The notes beneath the pieces are model-generated. The model was given only the letters and a program-made list of their open reading frames with translations, did no database searches and was not told the DNA's origin. A stretch of 64,000 bases of DNA from Klebsormidium nitens (taxonomy: Eukaryota > Plantae > Klebsormidiophyceae). This document shows positions 9,873-22,642 of the stretch, one piece after another (within the stretch, counting starts at the first letter, position 1; every line of letters begins with the position of its first letter). The stretch lies in NCBI GenBank assembly GCA_000708835.1, contig DF237059.1:1-64000 (forward strand), given 5' to 3'. Both the position numbers and the translations under genes were made by a program.

Positions 9873-12800
9873 TCAAGGATTCTTGAAATAGTCAATAATC
9901 GTCCTTTGCCTCTTCCTACTCGACTCGAGAGGTGACATTAACACAGACGACGGACTTTCGAGTGCGTCCTTGTCCTTGACGGTCGCCGTCACTGCATTTT
10001 TCAGGCCAAGAGGGCTGACGTTTTCTTGCTGATCTAGCAGTTCGCCGAGGGGGATCCCCGGGGACCTTTTAGGCGTGCCCCTAACCTGGACGTTCACCCG
10101 GGTCGGACTCAGCGGCAGGCGGTGTACGGAACGCCCCGGCCCTTCCTTTCTCAACGGGCTAACCGCTTTCTCGCTGACCTTTGCATTACTAGCATCTAAC
10201 CTCAAACACGGGCTCTGTAGACCAGGTTCGGAAGCATGAGTCCCGTCACTGGACCTAACCACCGTCTCTTGGGGTGCCCTCACCCGAGACCCCAAGTTCC
10301 AGAATGCGAACTGCGGAGATGGACCGGGATTCAATCCGAGCCGTCCCTCTTCAAACCCTTCCACATTCACAGGCGTCGATGGAGATCGGCTGGGGTTCAG
10401 ACTCCCCCCCGCGCTGAGAACGCGAGTCCCCTCCTTGTGCGGCGTCGCTTGAAGGGCTTCCGTTTCCGTTGCCTCCGCTCTTTGTGCCGTACATTTCCTC
10501 TGCAAAGCTTCCACTTTGCTTTCGCTCCCGTATATTTGCACCGGCCTGAGTGCCCGGTTATCGATCGGACCACCCAAGCGCAGCTCACATTTCTTACCCC
10601 CATAAACGTCCACCGATTCGGCCCCTAGGTTTTCGCCTCTTCCAGAACCCCCGGCAGATAACCCCCGGTCCATCTCCCCACCGGACCCTACACCCCCTTC
10701 TTTCAATTGTCCGCTCGTCCCGGTCGCTTTTTCCGGTTCAAGAACAGCCTCCGGTTCCAACCGCCCACTCGTACCGGTCGCATTTTCCGCCTTCAAAGCA
10801 GCCTCCGGTTTCAACCGCTCACTCGTACCGGTCGCATTCTCCACCTCCAAAACAGCCCCCGGTTCCCTCTCCCCAGGCGCCCCGGGCAGATCCTTTCCCC
10901 CGACATCCACACACGCACAAGCAGCTGCCACGTCAGCGGCTGCTTCCTTGGAAGCGCGCGCGCGCGAAGTTGCTGATGTAGGCGTTTCGGGACCGAGATC
11001 CGAGGCCGGGGCAGGAGCAGGGTTTGGCCGCGCCGAGTAGATCCGCTTGCGCATCGCGGCCGCGTTGGCGCGGCCGTCGCGACCTTCACGGGAGCGCTTG
11101 ATGGTCCATACCCGCACCTGGAAGAGGGTTTTGAAAGACGTGGTAAAGTGACGATTCAGAACGACGGGTTCATCAAAATGTTTTGGCCTTTTATGGCATG
11201 CAGATTCTTAAGTACATGGACAATTTCCGGAAGAGCGGTATTAGCTTCGATGAGTCGAGGCTCTATTCAGCGGTTAGACTCGGTGTGCGTCTAACAGACC
11301 GTTCGCATCGACACATCGTGATCAAGTAGAACACCTGATCGGTCCTTTTTGGCAGCTAGACTACAGTGGACAAAGAGGACCTTCACCGTTGCGACACTGC
11401 TAAAACTTGAGATCTCTCCCTTGCCGGGTACAAAGCCAGCGGATGCCAACTTAACTCCCGCAAACTCAACGCCACCGTACTATGCTCCTACAAGCTGCCC
11501 TTCACCCTTTCAAGTACGGAGAGAATCCATCTTCAAAAAGTGCCTTCTAGCAAACTCCTCCAGCAAACTCGTGTAAAGGTCCTGTTGTCGTTAACATAGG
11601 ACATCTCTTCCTTCAAAGCATCCGACTTCTCGCCCGGACTAAGATGAAGCGATCGTCCGCAGCCCGCCAACTCTGCTCAAGTCCAACTTTCTAGAAAACA
11701 CAAAAAAGTGCCAGCTCCTCACCGTGCAGTCGTCGGAGCACGTGGCTACTTTGGTTACGTCCGTCTTGCACCAGTCTACTCCGGTCACCTCGCCCACGTG
11801 GCCCTCCAGCACAAACGGACCGCTCTGCGGACGGTCCGCCTGCAAAGAAGCGGGTTGAGGCGTCCGAAAACATTCATAATGAGCCGGCAGCAGGGTACAG
11901 GAATTTGATGAAACATTTACCTTCGCGACAAGCTAGATGTTAAGCGAACGGTCCGCCGGGCGTCCGAATATGTACGTGACGGCAGAGCAACAACTCTTTT
12001 AGTGCCTTGCAACATCGACAGCCTCAGGATGAAGGCCAGCGAACCGACTCTCTACGCCTGCTGATAACTTCCGTAACGGGGTCTTTGAATTGAAATCAGT
12101 GGTCGGTTGGGAAAACTATCACTGGGGCTTTATGCCCCTTAGTCATCAAGATATCCAAGGATTGCCAGCAAAGCTGAGACTGTCAAGGCTTCTGGTCAAG
12201 CTGGGGGATCGGCGGCAATGTGACACTTAGTGCAAATCGTCCGAAGAAGAAGCCATCAGAAAGAATCCAAACTGTTCGGAGATATCTAAAGCTTCTCAAA
12301 AATTGCCCAGAGCTCTTCAACACGTCCAGAACGTTTCAAAATGTTCGAAAGTGTCCGAAGCTGTCGGCTTCTAAGTCTGTCCGATAGTATCCGAAGCTAT
12401 TCATGGACGTCCGACCCTATCCGAGACGTGTCGAAAGCGGTTCAGAGTATGAACAAAGCCGTCCGGAAGATATCGAGACTTGTCCGAAAGTACCCGAAGC
12501 TAGTCAAGGACGTCCGACCTTGTGCGAGACATGTTCTGAAGTGTTTCAAGTACGACCCAAGCTGTCCGGCAGAAGTCGAAACCTGTCCAATGGCATTCGA
12601 AGCTGTCCGACTGTTTATAGCTGCTGTCCGCAACAAGTCCAAACGCGTCAAAGGCACATTTGAATCCAATGCTCAAGCTCACCTCCCATATGTACACGTG
12701 GTTGTCTGTGGACCCGCTCAGGATGTGGCTGTCATCCGGGCTGAACGTGGCCTGCACGAACAACACGTGGCACCATCAGAGTGAGCTCCTTCAGACAACG

Positions 12801-15800
12801 GGTGGTCTAGGGATATCACATAAGAGCTCAAGAGCCGAACAGGATGCTCATTACACAAAACGGAGATCATATCGTCATTTCCTCACCCCTCTACGATTTT
12901 GTGCCAAATGCGCTGCTCTCGAAAGAATTGTTGCAGGAGACTATATGTCCAGTCGGTAGGCGACCTTGCCAGGTGAACTTTTGACGACTAGTATAGCCCG
13001 CCAAAAAACCAAGATGCTTCAGACAGCCCAAGAAGGATCAGCGAGAACCGAAAGCGACTGTCGATCAAGAATCTGACGCGATCTCATGCGCGCAGAAGTT
13101 TTTGAGTAAGACAGCAGAATCTGCACTGACAAATGATCAGAAATTCCCAAACAATCGCGGATCTCTATAAGCATAAGCTTTGAGTTGCTCTCAAGCCTCG
13201 TGGTACGTACCTTGGTGTAGAAGGACTGGCTCTGGTGCCCTGTGAAGCTATGGAAGGGCCCGCGCTCTGGATTGAGCGCGTCGTACATGTAAATGCTGCG
13301 AGGGGGGGAAGTAAAGCGGGTTAGTGACCCTTCGGAACTAACGTCCGGCGTTTGCTTTGCGCCTTTCTGAGGATGGGGTCTTTGAAACCAGCTTATACGC
13401 TGCTTTGTCATCCCTTCGTGCCCTTCCAAGTCAAACGCGGCCTTCAGACGCGATTCTTTTATCAGTCCTTGAAAATGCAACACTCTCCGGTTGACGGCAC
13501 TCGTAGCCCCAAGGTCGGGTGCGTCATGATCGAGATACTTTTTACAATTGCAACCTGACGTGCCAAGGCCTCCGACCCGGGAACCTGCCTCTTACACATA
13601 GCGGCAGCAGGGTGCTTCGTCAAGATGCGTCTGTGCGTACGCCAGAAGAGCAGCAGAGTTCTTATTTTGGTAAAATTTCAAGGCATTGAGAATGATCGAG
13701 AAGTCAACGTGGTTCAAGGAGAAAAGGACTTACTGGTTGTTCCGGCTGGAGGCGATCAAGCGGCCGCCCGTGGAGTCCTGGGCCAAGCAGACGATGCCAT
13801 GGATGCGCGCCTGCAGCCGAGAGAAATGGTGACGTCAATCCTTTCGTCATTGGAACCAGAAGCGCGTCTGAATGGCTTAGAGACGTGTTTCGGCGCGCTT
13901 CCTACTCTTGGGCGGGAACGTGAGCATCTACTGCATTGAGTGCTTCAGATGTCAGAGCCCAAGCGCGGTTGCGGATGATGACCTCGTTTTCCGCAGTTTG
14001 TGACAATGTTTGGAGTGTTCGTTTTTGGCGGCCAGGAGCCCAAGGACAGACAAGTCGAGTCAAAATCAGATCACAGAAAGACCAAACCCCGCGAGTAAGG
14101 GAGGACCCAGCTTGGAGTATCGGAAAATGAGCGACAGAGGCGCCGAAAACATGAGTTGCGACATGCCCGCTTAGCTTCGATAAGAGTCTTGACTGCATAA
14201 TGGTCGCGAAAGTGCTTCTTCTTGGAAAGGCGTCGCTTCATGACCACAAAGCTAAGTCTCTTGCCTCTGAACATTATTAACGTTATTCGTTATTCGTCGA
14301 GCCTTTTAAAGTATCGAGGCAACGCGATCAGATCCTGACGATGGGCCTTTTAAGGCCCGGATGTACAAAGAATGAAGAAAGGACAGAAGAAGCACCGAAA
14401 AGAAGGCGGCATATAACCAAAGCGCTAAGTACATAAAAGAGGGGAAGGGTCCTCACCGGAGCCTCTGGCGACTCTGCGCTCGTCAGCTGCGGCGTTTGTA
14501 CGAGCGGCGCGTGGAGCTTCCTGGTGTCCCAGTACTTGATCACTCTGAGGGCACACGTCAGCGGGGCGCATCAGCATAACGTCAGCAGGGCAGTCAGCCA
14601 GAATGAAGGGCGTTCGTTTCAACCATCCGAAAACGGCGCTTAAAAAGAAAAGTGCTTGGTGCGCAAGAGGGCGCAGAAACGGCGTGGTTAAGGTGAGGGA
14701 TAGGGATTTAAAGCAACGGTGGTCAAGAATCCAAGATCTCAGCATATGCTGTTTCAATCAAGTACAGTCTCTTCTCAGGCACTCGAGCAACGACAAAGGA
14801 CGACCAGTGCCCGCCCAAGATTTTGCAAGTGAGCAGCATTTCGCACACCAGTCGGATATGCATCCTTTGAAGCCTTATTTAACACCACGCCGGTCTCACC
14901 CGTCAGCATGACCCGAGCTGGCAATGATGGTGCCATCCTTGAGGTACAAAACGGAGGTCACCCCCGCGGCCGCGTCCTTGGAGCTGCGCCGCCGAGGGGC
15001 GACCAGTGGAGACGGGTGCGCATTTTTGATGGTCGCGACCGGATCACACCTTAAGAGCGACGTGTTGTCAGATGAGGTCTCACGAAGAAGGCCTGCGCAA
15101 TATGTTCCTGCCACTACTTCTTACCCCTCCATCTGTTAAAAACTATTCAGGACCGATGGTGTGAAAAGAGCATGGAAGGAACAGAAAAGGAGGGGAGAAA
15201 CGAAGCAGGAATGAAGAAGGAAGCAAGGTAGATCATAATCCTTCCACTCGTTGAATTGGTTCGTTCTCGTGTCTTGATGCGGACGCTAATCTGATGGACA
15301 CTGAGGAAGGAGTTTGCACAAAAGATTCCACCTCTGCTGGCACACTTCTCTCACATGCTCCTCGACGAATCGCTCAGAAACTCGGGCTGTTCGTAAGCCA
15401 ACAACTATCTCTTAGGCATACCTCAGTCAGAATCGTTGATAAGAGCTGGTCGAACTCAAGCACGCTTTCCTGTAAGATAAAAGAATCCAGTGCCTAATAT
15501 GGTCGGTCAAATCTCCGGGTGAGTACTGAAGTCAGAAAACCTCTTCATCAAAGATAGGTTTTGAAAGTCGTAGTGGTGAAGGCGTCAAATGGCTCACCTG
15601 CTGGACTCTACTTCTTCATTAAAGATAGACAACCAAAGATAGGATATCAAAGATAGACTATCAAAGATAGGATGTCAACGATAGAATATCAAGGAGTCAA
15701 TTGGCTCACCTGCTGTACACTCTGCCGGACGGTCTCGTCGCGCGGACGGCCGTCCGGAGGTCCCACAGCATGATGGCCCCGTCGCGGCCGCCCGAAGCCA

Positions 15801-18800
15801 AGCAATCTGCAACAGGCGCTCGATAATTTACAAATTCATAGAGTCTTTAAGAAGAGCTAATACATTGATATATGTGTTTGGGCAAGAGCTCGAATAGCAA
15901 TCACTCATTGAAGGGTTTCACATTTACGTGCTAGCGATGCTTGACCGTCATCAAAAAACGAAGGACGCAGGTGAAGCGAAAGCACGGTAACCGTGGCAAT
16001 ACGCACGCTGGAGAAGGGTTTGAGGTGACGTTGCGAGCAGGAGATTGACCTTTGACGTCAGATCGTAAATCAGAGAAGGTAGAAGCCGGTCCAGGTAAGC
16101 TCTGCGGGCACGACTCCCAACAGGATGGATTACGAAAGGTGGTGAAAAGAGAGCGCTCAAGGGGCAGAGAGGAGAGGAGATGGAACGCCGGGGACTCTGC
16201 CAACTTCAGAAGCAGAGCTGTTTTCAACTCGCAACACCCCGACTACAAGGCACCTCGGGAAAGCACAATTCAGATGTGAACGGAAAGGAAAGGACACTCC
16301 CGCTGTGAAAGCAGCCAGGACACGGAGGGACGCCTTTGAAAGAGAAGCGGGCTCGTTGTACGCACTGAAACCTAGGTACTACGCTTCAGTCCTGGTACTT
16401 TTTCAGACCTAAGAAATATCCTGAAGAGCCGCTAATGGGCTCGTCTTTTCTTCGAGCCTGTACTGTCTGAACGGACTTTTTGACAGTTGCATAAGACAAC
16501 GGTTGCAGCAGCAATCGAAGTGGCATCGTCATGAGGGTGTCTTTCGTCAGTTCCACTGAACTGTGTACTCAAGCAAGCCCCATGCTTCGGTACGGGCTTT
16601 GTAAAGTGAAGTATGTTCGTTTCAGCAGACCAAGGAGCATAGCAGCGGCTTACAATGATGACTACCTTCTGACAAGCGCGGCTCGGCGGCGGACTCACTG
16701 TTCTGTGTGGCTTGGACGCACACCGACTTGATGCTGCCCTGGTGCCCCCGCAGCTCCTGGACGCACCGCTGGGCCTCCAGGTTCCACAGCCGGATCTAGA
16801 GCGGCGAGAAACCGAGGTTCTAGCACAGAGGGGCCTTTGCAGCTTTGGATTGCTCGTTTCGTTAAACCTCAAAGCTCAGGCCCCACAAAGCGAACAGTCC
16901 AATACGAGTGACTTCCCAAGGGGGCTGCTTGAAGAGGACGTCATGGCGCAAGATCAGTGTTCACCAAAGCAGAGCCACGAAAGAGGGCAACGAAGTCACC
17001 AAGAAGCGACTTATGGGAGTCGCTCCCAAAACTTATGGGGTGAATGGCGCGCTATCATTGTTTCGCTAGTGTCGCAAGGGAATTGGGCCCTCGGCAACCC
17101 GTGAAAGAACGTCAGACTTCATGCGGCCAATATTGACGATCACTTGCAAACAGCAGACTATGCCAAATTACCTCTTCAAGCAAGCTTCATTGGCTCCCAT
17201 CAACTGATCTTTCAGGGCCACAGGTTTTCGAACCAGAGCAAAAGAGTTACTTAGAAAGTGAGAGAGCTTACCACTTGGTCCCCAGAGCCTGTCAGCAGAT
17301 GCGTGTCATTCTGCAACACAGAAATACAGAGGGCTGTTTGACTCTTCTCTCGTGATTCAGCGGCAACTTCGCGACTCAGAGACTCTCCGAACCGTAAGCA
17401 CAACCTTTCCTTCGATTTGGTGGGCATCGTGTGCTCATTCATCTGACACATAAGTCCTCGTTGCATTAGTTGGAAATCCTTCTAATGCCCGGGCTAATCA
17501 GCGCGGAATGTTTGGATGCCACTAAATCAAGATAAAGTTGTTTTAAGCACATTTCTCTAAGCCGGAGAGACGCGGGTGCTCCGAGCGTGTGGCTCAATTG
17601 CCAAAGTTGGAGAATGTATCCCAAGCCCCATCTGGAGCAGATTGCGCTGACGCGAGACACCTCAAGCTTACCTGGAGCCACGCAATGTCGAAGATGGAGT
17701 TGCTGTGCGCTTGCCAGGTGTCAATCGCAGTTCCTGCGAAGCAAGGGCGAAACGTATCAAACAACTCTTCCAAACATTATATTGGCTCCGATGTTGCTGC
17801 TTGGGGCCAGAGGTTGGAATGTCTGACACAACCCTAGCCTCCTGCAACTGAGTACCACATTCAGGCCTCTGGCTATGCCCCTGCTCAGACTCGCTTGCTT
17901 TGAGATTAGCCACCGGCAGTTCTCTCCCATCAGAGCCTGGGTGCTATCTGGTAGGTCTGCAAAGATTGGGGGCCCTACACTCTGATGTGATAAGAATCAC
18001 CCAAATCAGGTCACTTTGTCGTCGTCCCAAAGGGTATGCGTGACTCACAGAGCCCACTGCAACCCAATCTACGCAAGATATTGCCTAAGGATCACTCAAC
18101 CGAGGCCTGACGCACAAGATGTTGGCGAGTGTTGAGAAGCAGCACCTGCTACATCAGAAACTCAAAAGAAATCTGCCAAAGACTTCCTCAATTTCTTCAG
18201 CATGGGGCTTGACCGATTCTTCCCTGCCACCACTTTCAAAGTGCCACAATCACCTAGCAAAGGTATGAAAGACCGAGCAGGCATAGTAGCGGTCAGTTCC
18301 GCCGGAATTGGAAACACAGGGCAGGCAGTTGAGAAAGGCTGGCAGTGCACCTGGGCCGTGTATGTCAGGGTATTCGGGGGGCGATTTTGAGGTGTCAAAA
18401 AGCTGGACGCAGCCCCCTTCTCCAGCAGCAGCCACTAAATCGCCCCCACACCGCTCCTGTAGGACAAAGTGGGTGCATCAAACATATGTTGCAGAGTTCC
18501 CGTGCAGCTACACCGCAGTATCGGGCCTCCAAAGCAGAGGTTTGACAATGGCAGGATTAGATGTACGAGGAGCCAACGTGAAAAATCTTGGACATGGAGA
18601 GCCACAAGGGTTTGAGGAAAAGGGTAACCGCCACTGATCAGGAGGGTGACAATGCTTGAGAAAGCCACATGCTTCAGGTTAGGCGGTTAGTCAGGTACTG
18701 AGATGCGCAACTGCTGTCTGGGGAGCCTGCTAGGTTCAACTATCTCCGTGATTGCTCGCAGAACCGAAAGCCAGCAATTCTAGATGACCAAAGCACAGTA

Positions 18801-19509
18801 CTTCTATCCGTCATCCTCGGCGTCAATCGAAGGTCCATTACCTTGGCAAAAGTGACCGTGAAGGGAAGTTGCTCCTCAACAGTAGGAAGGCCCGCCGCTG
18901 AGAAGACGTGCACCCCAGCTCCACTGCGCCCATCCCAGGATGATGAAAAGTCTCCAACAAATGGCCGTACAGAAACTGCAGCAGAGCAAGACACCGCTCA
19001 AAGCCAGCCATTGTAATGGACCAAAGTTTTTCCACACTTACCACGCCCCCAATTCAGCATAGTGCATCTCATAACATCTTGAGGACTACCGATTGGGCCT
19101 TCTCAGTGGGTTTGTTTTCATTTTCAGCATTCCAGCTCGACTTGAGGGTCTCTGAATAGCAGGACAGTTCTGCACAATGTAAGCCTCGGTCTTTACATGT
19201 GAGGTCCAGTATCTTGGGTCAACGGAAAGCAGCAAAGCAAGCAACTTCTCGGGGGAACCCCCTGCAGCCTGCCTACTGCATAACGCATGATCAGGCTTGC
19301 TGTTTCCTGTTTCTGCTCTCCCAGCTGTCTCTCGTCTCCTGGACTTCTTTTCAGCTTTTCTTTTCCGGAGCAGCCAATAATTGTAGGTCAAGCATTCCTT
19401 GGCACTGCAACTGAAAGCAACATAAGAACACAGGGGCAGGTTCAAGTGTTCACCTACCTCTCCGTGCCAAGACCTCCCTCGCCATCAAAACCCTATGCAA
19501 TGCATCCAT
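9873..19509 (-). CDS. CDT2: Denticleless/CDT2 WD40-repeat substrate receptor of CRL4
   Basis: Spliced exons give MDALHRVLMAREV, LPFTVTFAK, VAAAGEGGCVQLFDT, WQAHSNSIFDIAW, LLTGSGDQ, IRLWNLE..GHQGSIKSV, ASGGRDGAIMLWDLR, VTSVLYLKDG, IKYWDTRKL, HGIVCLAQDSTG, GHQSQSFYTKATFSPDDSHILSGS, LEGHVGEVTGVDWC..ATCSDDCTVRVW. A disordered tail ends in QRTIIDYF. This matches the known CDT2/DTL motif order. Confidence 0.9.
10705..10865 (-). repeat. Coding tandem repeat, ~51-bp (17-aa) unit x3, in the CDT2 tail
   Basis: Protein reads VLEVENATGTSERLKPEAALKAENATGTSGRLEPEAVLEPEKATGTSGQL. Confidence 0.85.
12235..12640. repeat. Degenerate intronic repeat rich in (T)GTCCGA(A)
   Basis: Many gtccga/tccgaag/gtccgg variants cluster within one CDT2 intron. 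Confidence 0.65.
15540..15723 (-). repeat. Intronic tandem duplication containing a copy of the CDT2 splice donor and CAAAGATAG repeats
   Basis: gtcaaatggctcacctgctggactct (~15584) mirrors gtcaattggctcacctgctgtacactct (~15696). About six (c)aaagatag-like units lie in this stretch. Confidence 0.75.
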
Positions 19510-19967
19510 GATGCCACCACCCTATCAGGCAGCTACTTCCCTGGAGATAATCCAAAACCCTCTGATGCAATGCAGCGGAGCCAAAGAGGCGAGCAGTTTG
19601 CTGTGCAATGCAATGAACGGACGCACTAAAACTGCATCGTTGGTAGCACAGCCCTGTGTCTGGTTCTAATCTGTTCCCTAAACGCTTCAGCCACCATCGT
19701 AATCTACCAAAGCTGCATAGGTCGTCGTCTGCTGTTCCACTTCCTCATAGATCGCAAGTCTTCTCTTCAAAACTGTCTACCAGAGAGGAGATTGATCATC
19801 TGATGCTCCTGAGTTCAGCTCCACAGGGCTGGAGCCTGGCCGGCTTCATGCTTCAAAATTTTGCATGATACGGCGGGAGCTTCGCGCCACTTCCGGTGCA
19901 TCTCAGCCGTTCGTTTAATCGCCTGTCTTGCAGGAAGATTCACTTACCCCGTGGTAGACACATGGTT

Positions 19968-19994
19968 CACGTGACACACGTGAACGCCACGCGT
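19968..19994. promoter_or_regulatory. Two G-boxes (CACGTG) plus a GCCACGCGT element in the CDT2/ELIP divergent interval
   Basis: CACGTG at 19968-19973 and 19977-19982; gccacgcgt at 19986-19994. Function inferred only. Confidence 0.35.
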
Positions 19995-20618
19995 CGGCAG
20001 CGCAGTACAGCTGCGCACCAGTCCTGAGAGCGCTCCATCATGCCTCCGAGCAGGGCAGCCTCTTCTCAGCAGAGCTCCCACGTCGACTCTTTTTGGCGGC
20101 TACGTCGAGCGTCTTTGAGAGCACAGCTGTCTGCGCTCCCACAGCTGCATTTCATGCAAAGTTCTACCTGCCCGTTTCACGATGAGCTGTGCGGCCCTGC
20201 CAAAGGAGAGCACCATGGCAGATCCGCCTGTGCTTTCTTCTGAATGTCGATGTGGCAGCTTCAGTGGTTGTCGATCCGCCAGATCGAGCTGCACTTTTTG
20301 ACGGAGCGGAAAAGTTCACCATGCACATCGCTCCAAATGCGACACCTTGCACCATGCTGCCCCATGATCGGAGCGCTTGAGCTCCAGTCCAGAATACAGA
20401 CTTGTCACTGACTGCAGGACTACTCTGGTCTGCCATTGATCCAAAGTCTCGCACTTCAGCGATCTCGATTCTCATACATGTTCCATTCCACATTCTCATT
20501 CCTCGCATTCTACAATCAACCGATTGAGCAACTCCTTCGCAAATTTCTCCCCACTGCCTGTTCAATTCATCCCATACTTCTTACGCAAGTAACCTGTGAC
20601 TAAGCTCAAGTCGCAGAA

Positions 20619-22642
20619 ATGGCCTCTGCTGCTATGATGACTAGCTCAGCCCTGTCCTCCGCTGCTTTTAGGAGCAGCACGATTGCCTCCACCTCTGGGC
20701 GCAGCACCTTTGTTGGCAATGCTCTGCCCGCTCTTCCCGTCAGGAGCTCCAGGAGGGCTGGCGTCAGGATGATGGCCAACAAGGCAGACACCCCCCTGGT
20801 GAGGAGCTGAGCTGTCATTGTTTTACCAATCACTGCAGACCAGGATTCAGCAATTGGCTGAGCTCAGTTGTCAAGCTGTGCCGGTTTTTGTTGAATGTGC
20901 CCCCTATTTAGATCTGTCCACAAATTTATCTCCTCAAACATTATATTGGACGCTGTATTCGTGCTGAAGCAAGCCTATGCTGTGAAGATGATGCTGTAAG
21001 ACCCATGGGAAAGCGGAAAGTAGATCAGATGCAATCCCAAGATGGATGGTTCTCTGGACAGGCAATTAGTGGAGATGCATGTAGACTCTTTAGGTTGTTC
21101 GTTGTGTTAAGTCTGGTGCTGCACGGATATTATTCTTCAGCAATCTCCGCAGATCCTGTGATCTCTCCCCAAAATACCGCAAAAGAAACCAGCAGTATGG
21201 AAAGTCACAATGATTGATCAGCATCTACTGGTTACCCTCCTATCCCATAGCAGCCAGAGCATCTAGTGGTTTACCCACCCGACTAACTCCACAATGCTCC
21301 ACTAACAGCCCGACACCAAGAAGGATGTTGACCCCAAGAACAACGAGCGCCTCCTGGTGTTCGAGGAGACCCCCGCTGCCGAGTTCTTCCGCCCTGAGGA
21401 GGAGAGGCGTCCCGAGACTGGTGACAAGTCTCCTGTTGCCATCTTCAAGTTCGATGGACCCCTTCCCGAGCTGGTCAACTGCCGGTTGGCAATGATTGGC
21501 ATGGCCGCTGCTTTCGGAACTGAGCTGGCCACTGGCATGAGCGTGTATGAGCAGGTGAGTATCTATCTGTGGATGGGTGGAGCTGTTTTGTTTCTGTGAG
21601 CTTTGTCTTGCATGCTGACATGTCATGCAGACTGACTTGCAATCCGACCAGGACAGATTACAGATGAGCGTGGTTCACAAAGGATCTTACTTGGTCTAGA
21701 TCTGTACCAGTATGAACGACATTGGAACTCTTTGGCACTCTGTACTTTGGCATGGAACTCTTTGGCACTCTGTACTTTGGCATGTCACAGGGTTCTTTTA
21801 CAGGCAACAGTAAATGCACAGAATTCTTAGTTAGCAGAACATGAGAGGCAGAAACGTGAAGAAGTTGAAAAGTAGAGGGCTTGGTTCTTCGGAAGTAGGC
21901 TGTTTCACCATTTCGTCCGGCTTTACCAGCGAAATGACAACCTGACAATGCCTTGTCTCACAGGTCACCAAGGGCAACGGTGCATTCTGGTTCCTGGCTG
22001 TATCCCAGCTGTTTGTGTGGGCTAGTCTGGTCCCCATTTTCAAGGGCGAGTCCAGCGACGCCCGTAAGTTCGGCCCCTTCACCGCCCGCGCTGAGAGGTG
22101 GAACGGCCGTCTCGCCATGTAAGGACATGCTGAACAAGTCTATTTTTACTTCCACGCAACATGTTTGCAAAAAAAAATTGGCCTTTGAAGTTGCTTGCAT
22201 GTGACATATTTGCAAAAAAATATTGGCCTTTGAGAATATTGGCCTTTGAGATTGCTACTGATCACATCTGGAGGTTCTTTCTGCGCTCCTCACGATCTGA
22301 AGGGTTGTCAAGAATTGAAAAGATCAGCAGCTAGATGTTGAAAGGAGGGATGGTTAGTCATAGAGGTATGTCATGAAATAAGAGATTGAAATTGTTGACC
22401 GATTTGGTCTTTTCGAAAGTTTGTAATTTATTTCACTGACTTGGTTCTTCGGTTAGTGCAGAAGCATGTCCTCATCACTCTTGAGGATTTTCTCGTTTAA
22501 GTGCAGGAAGTTCTGCTTCCATCACTCTTGCAAACACCCTCAATCTTAGGCATTCAACAAATTGTTCTCTCTTTGTGGCAGGTTGGGCGCTGTCATTCTC
22601 CTGGTCGTGGAGGGCGTGAAGGGCGGGCCTATCTTGTTCTAA
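20619..22642 (+). CDS. ELIP: Early light-induced protein (LHC-like, three-helix); exons 20619-20798, 21309-21554, 21964-22118, 22582-22642
   Basis: Ser/Ala-rich transit peptide; chlorophyll-binding-type motifs PELVNCRLAMIG and AERWNGRLAMLG; middle helix WFLAVSQLFVWASLVP. Exons join in frame to give ~213 aa. Confidence 0.9.
21723..21782. repeat. Perfect 30-bp tandem duplication in ELIP intron 2
   Basis: tggaactctttggcactctgtactttggca occurs twice head to tail. Confidence 0.95.

Noticed and set aside
10236-11089. Several ORFs overlapping the CDT2 last exon
   Set aside because: Shadow frames of a GC-rich real exon.
12341-12784. 147-aa plus-strand ORF
   Set aside because: Antisense to CDT2, overlaps a CDT2 exon and is made of a degenerate repeat.
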